Positions 60,573-64,000 of a stretch of 64,000 nucleotides of DNA are shown here, one piece after another. The notes below the pieces were generated by a model that was given only the letters and a program-made list of their open reading frames with translations, was not told the origin of the DNA and did no database searches. A program made the translations under genes and the position numbers. Positions within the stretch are counted from its first letter, which is position 1; every line of letters starts with the position of its first letter. The stretch comes from Microcoleus sp. (lineage in GTDB: Bacteria; Cyanobacteriota; Cyanobacteriia; Cyanobacteriales; Microcoleaceae), in the NCBI GenBank assembly GCA_052279835.1, contig CP181291.1, positions 2,208,001 through 2,272,000 on the forward strand, given 5' to 3'.

Positions 60573-62408
60573 GTGCAACTAAAAACTAAAGTAGCGGTAA
60601 AGCGTGCAACTGGTGCATTTGCTCTCATAGACAGCTTGAGACGCCACGGTGTCAAGCATATTTTTGGTTATCCCGGCGGCGCAATTCTGCCGATTTACGA
60701 CGAACTATACCGCGCTGAAGCCGAGGGCGGCATCCAACATATTCTGGTGCGCCACGAGCAAGGTGCTGCTCACGCTGCCGATGGATATGCCCGCGCTACC
60801 GGACAAGTAGGGGTGTGTTTCGCCACTTCCGGGCCCGGTGCAACTAACTTGGTGACGGGGATTGCGACGGCTCACATGGATTCGATCCCGATGGTAATTA
60901 TTACCGGTCAGGTGGCTCGGCCGGCGATCGGCACAGACGCTTTTCAGGAAACCGATATCTATGGCATTACACTGCCCATTGTCAAGCATTCCTATGTAGT
61001 ACGCGACCCCAGAGATATGGCGAAAATAGTCGCCGAGGCTTTCCACATCGCCAGTACGGGGCGTCCAGGGCCAGTGTTGGTGGACGTACCCAAGGATGTG
61101 GGTTTGGAGGAATTTGACTATCTGCCCGTCGAGCCTGGAGCAGTCAGGATTCCTGGTTATCGGCCGACAGTGAAGGGAAATCCCCGGCAAATTAATCAAG
61201 CAATTCATTTGCTCAACGAATCCCAACGTCCTTTGATCTATGTCGGTGGCGGTGCGATCGCAGCGGGAGCCCATGATGAAATTAAAGAACTAGCTGAGCT
61301 TTTCCAAATCCCTGTAACCACAACGCTGATGGGCAAAGGTGCCTTTGATGAAAACCATCCTTTGTCAGTGAAAATGCTGGGGATGCACGGCACTGCTTAC
61401 GCGAATTTTGCCGTCACCGAGTGCGATTTGTTGATTGCTGTCGGAGCCCGATTTGACGATCGCGTCACAGGCAAATTAGACGAGTTTGCCGCCCGCGCCA
61501 AGGTGATTCACATCGACATCGACCCCGCTGAGGTAGGTAAAAATCGCGGACCAGAAGTTCCGATTGTCGGAGATGTCCGCCAAGTTTTGATCGATATGCT
61601 GCGTCGCTGTCGTGAAACAGGAGTTTCGGGAAATCCGGGACAAACACGGGCATGGCTCGAAAGGATCGACGGCTGGAAACGCGATTACCCCTTAGTCGTA
61701 CCTCATTACCCAGAAATTTTGTCTCCCCAAGAGGTGATTTCCGAGTTGGGAACTCAAGCGCCGGATGCTTACTACACCACCGATGTGGGTCAACATCAAA
61801 TGTGGTCGGCTCAATTCCTCAACAACGGGCCTCGTCGCTGGATTTCTAGTGCTGGCTTGGGAACTATGGGTTACGGACTGCCAGCGGCAATGGGTGCGAA
61901 AATGGCACTGCCCCAGGAGCAAGTAATTTGTATTGCTGGCGATGCTAGCGTCCAAATGAATATTCAAGAGTTGGGAACCCTAGCACAGTACGGCATAAAT
62001 GTCAAGCTAGTAATTGTGAATAATGGCTGGCAGGGCATGGTGCGGCAGTGGCAGCAGGCTTTCTATGGGGAGCGCTATTCGTCGTCGAACATGACTGTGG
62101 GGATGCCGGATTTTGTAATGTTGGCTCAAGCTTATGGCGTGAAGGGGATACTGGTTTCAAAGCCGGGTGAACTGAAGGGGGCGATCGCCGAAATGCTAGC
62201 CCATGAAGGCCCGGTACTTTTGGACGTGAAGGTGACGAGGGACGAAAACTGTTATCCGATGGTTGTTCCCGGTAAGAGCAACGCTCAAATGGTTGGTTTA
62301 CCCCAACGCAGCAACTTGGAATCGGCAGAGTTAATTTATTGTCCCAGTTGTGGGGCGAAGAATGTTTCGACTAATAAGTTTTGTCCTGAGTGTGGGACAA
62401 AAGTTTAG
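60573..62408 (+). CDS. ilvB: Acetolactate synthase large subunit with C-terminal zinc ribbon
   Basis: [36 protein letters not shown]...NN. Probable GTG start at 60573. Confidence 0.96.
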
Positions 62409-62556
62409 TTGACAGTTGACGGTTGACAGTTGACAGTTGACAGTTGACGGTTGACAGTTGACGGTTGACAGTTGACTGTTGACTGTTAACCGTTGACTGT
62501 ATTCCCAATTCCCAATTCCCAATTCCCAATTCCCAATTCCCAATTCCCAATTCCCA
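62406..62556. repeat. STRR tracts (TTGACAG/TTGACGG)n then (AATTCCC)n
   Basis: Two adjacent heptamer arrays fill the whole ilvB-pyrC gap. Confidence 0.95.
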
Positions 62557-63843
62557 ATGACTTCTGAACTGCTGCAAAATGTACGGGTGCTAGATCCAGT
62601 ATCAGAGGGCGATCGCCTTGCTGATGTTCTGATTGTGGAAGGTGATATCAAAGCAGTAGAGCCAAAAATTACGGAATTTCCCCCTCACACAGAAGTGCGA
62701 GATTGTGGGGGACAGATTTTAGCACCTGGATTGGTTGATATTTACAGTCACAGCGGAGAGCCTGGTTTTGAGGATCGAGAAACCCTGCAATCTTTGATGC
62801 AGGCTGCTGCTGCCGGCGGTTTTACGCGGGTGGCCATTTTGCCCGATACATCTCCACCTCTTGACAATTTGGCCGGTTTAGCTTTGTTAGAGCAAAATAT
62901 CCGCAATTTTGCCCCTTCCCTTCCCCGCTTATATTTCTGGGGCGCTCTCACTACGGGTGTGGCAGGGCAACATATGGCTGAGTTGGGGGAGTTGGCATCC
63001 AGCGCGATTGTGGGGTTTGCCGATGGTTTACCCCTGGCTAATCCGGCTCTGGCAATGCGTTTGCTGGAATATATTCAGCCTTTTGGTAAGTCGGTGGCTT
63101 TGTGGCCGTGCGATCGCACTTTGGCCGGAAATGGAGTCGCTAGGGATGGTGCGGTTTCCCTTCGCTTGGGTTTACCGGGAGTGCCGGCTGCTGCGGAAAC
63201 TTCCGCTTTGGCTGCAATCCTGGAATTAGTCGCTACTGTGCCGACTCCCGTTCACATCATGCGGGTTTCTTGTGCTCGCAGTGTGGAACTAATTCGAGAT
63301 GCGAAGGCGCGGGGTTTGCCGGTGCAGGCGAGTGTGACTTGGATGCACTTGTTGTTAAATGTGGGGGCAATTTCAGGAAACACCACTGTTTCTGTTCCTT
63401 ATGACCCAAATTTGCGTTTAGATCCGCCTTTGGGTAATCAGGCTGACCAGTTGGCACTGCTTCAAGGCCTCCAAGATGGGGTGATTGATGCGATCGCGAT
63501 CGACCACACTCCCTATACTTATGAGGAGAAAACCGTGGCTTTTGCTGATGCTCCACCAGGGGCGATCGGTTTGGAATTAGCTTTACCTTTACTCTGGCAG
63601 AATTTGGTAGAAACCGGCGATTTTTCGGCTCTAGAACTGTGGCGATTTTTGAGTACCCGCCCCGCCGTTTGTCTCGGACAAACCCCTCCTACGGCTGCAC
63701 CAGGAGTCGCTGCTGAGCTGATTTTATTCGACCCACAAAAGAGTTGGACTGTGGATGGGCAAAGTTTGAAGTCGCGATCGGTCAATACGCCTTGGTTTGG
63801 CAAGAAATTAGCCGGAAAAGTTCTACAAACTTGGACTTATTGA
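62557..63843 (+). CDS. pyrC: Dihydroorotase-like protein (possibly non-catalytic PyrC')
   Basis: [34 protein letters not shown]. The metal motif reads DIYSH. Confidence 0.8.
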
Positions 63844-64000
63844 CCATTGATATTGGGATAAAAATTAAAATGTATATCCTTTATTTTATGCTTTAATATT
63901 TACAGTAGTTAGCATTTAAATAAAGTCAGAGCGATTTTGAGGTAATATTGACTGCATTTCCTGACAACGTTCCAGATAATTTTGTGCAACCTGATCCAGC

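Overview
This is a chromosomal segment of a filamentous cyanobacterium, probably Oscillatoriales (Microcoleus/Tychonema-like). The assignment is inferred from dense HIP1 GCGATCGC sites, heptamer STRR tracts and cyanobacteria-specific genes. Core content: PPK2 (pap), the cmpABCD bicarbonate transporter, a TftA-like amidase/glucosaminidase, a polysaccharide glycosyl/acyltransferase cluster, two multi-sensor histidine kinases (one with an insert-Cys cyanobacteriochrome GAF, overlapping a REC-GAF-PAS adenylate cyclase), the ado-aar-accA-SDR-folE cluster interrupted by a TerB-like gene, pgm/pmm, rdgB, glnB with an NtcA box, ilvB and a pyrC-like gene. The most interesting accessory items are four. 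(1) A TPR-CHAT protease, small protein and two-TM membrane protein trio at 3518-9174 that looks like a proteolytic conflict/cell-death module. (2) A ~407-bp protein-free IS200/IS605 derivative with recognisable ends, an internal promoter-like signal and a structured RNA-like body at 56403-56809. (3) An ABC-ATPase plus TOPRIM pair resembling PARIS or a split OLD nuclease at 58363-60305. (4) Several families of short dispersed repeats, some nested in each other and some translated in frame inside the CHAT protein. No rRNA, tRNA or CRISPR array was seen. All calls come from reading the sequence; no database searches were run.
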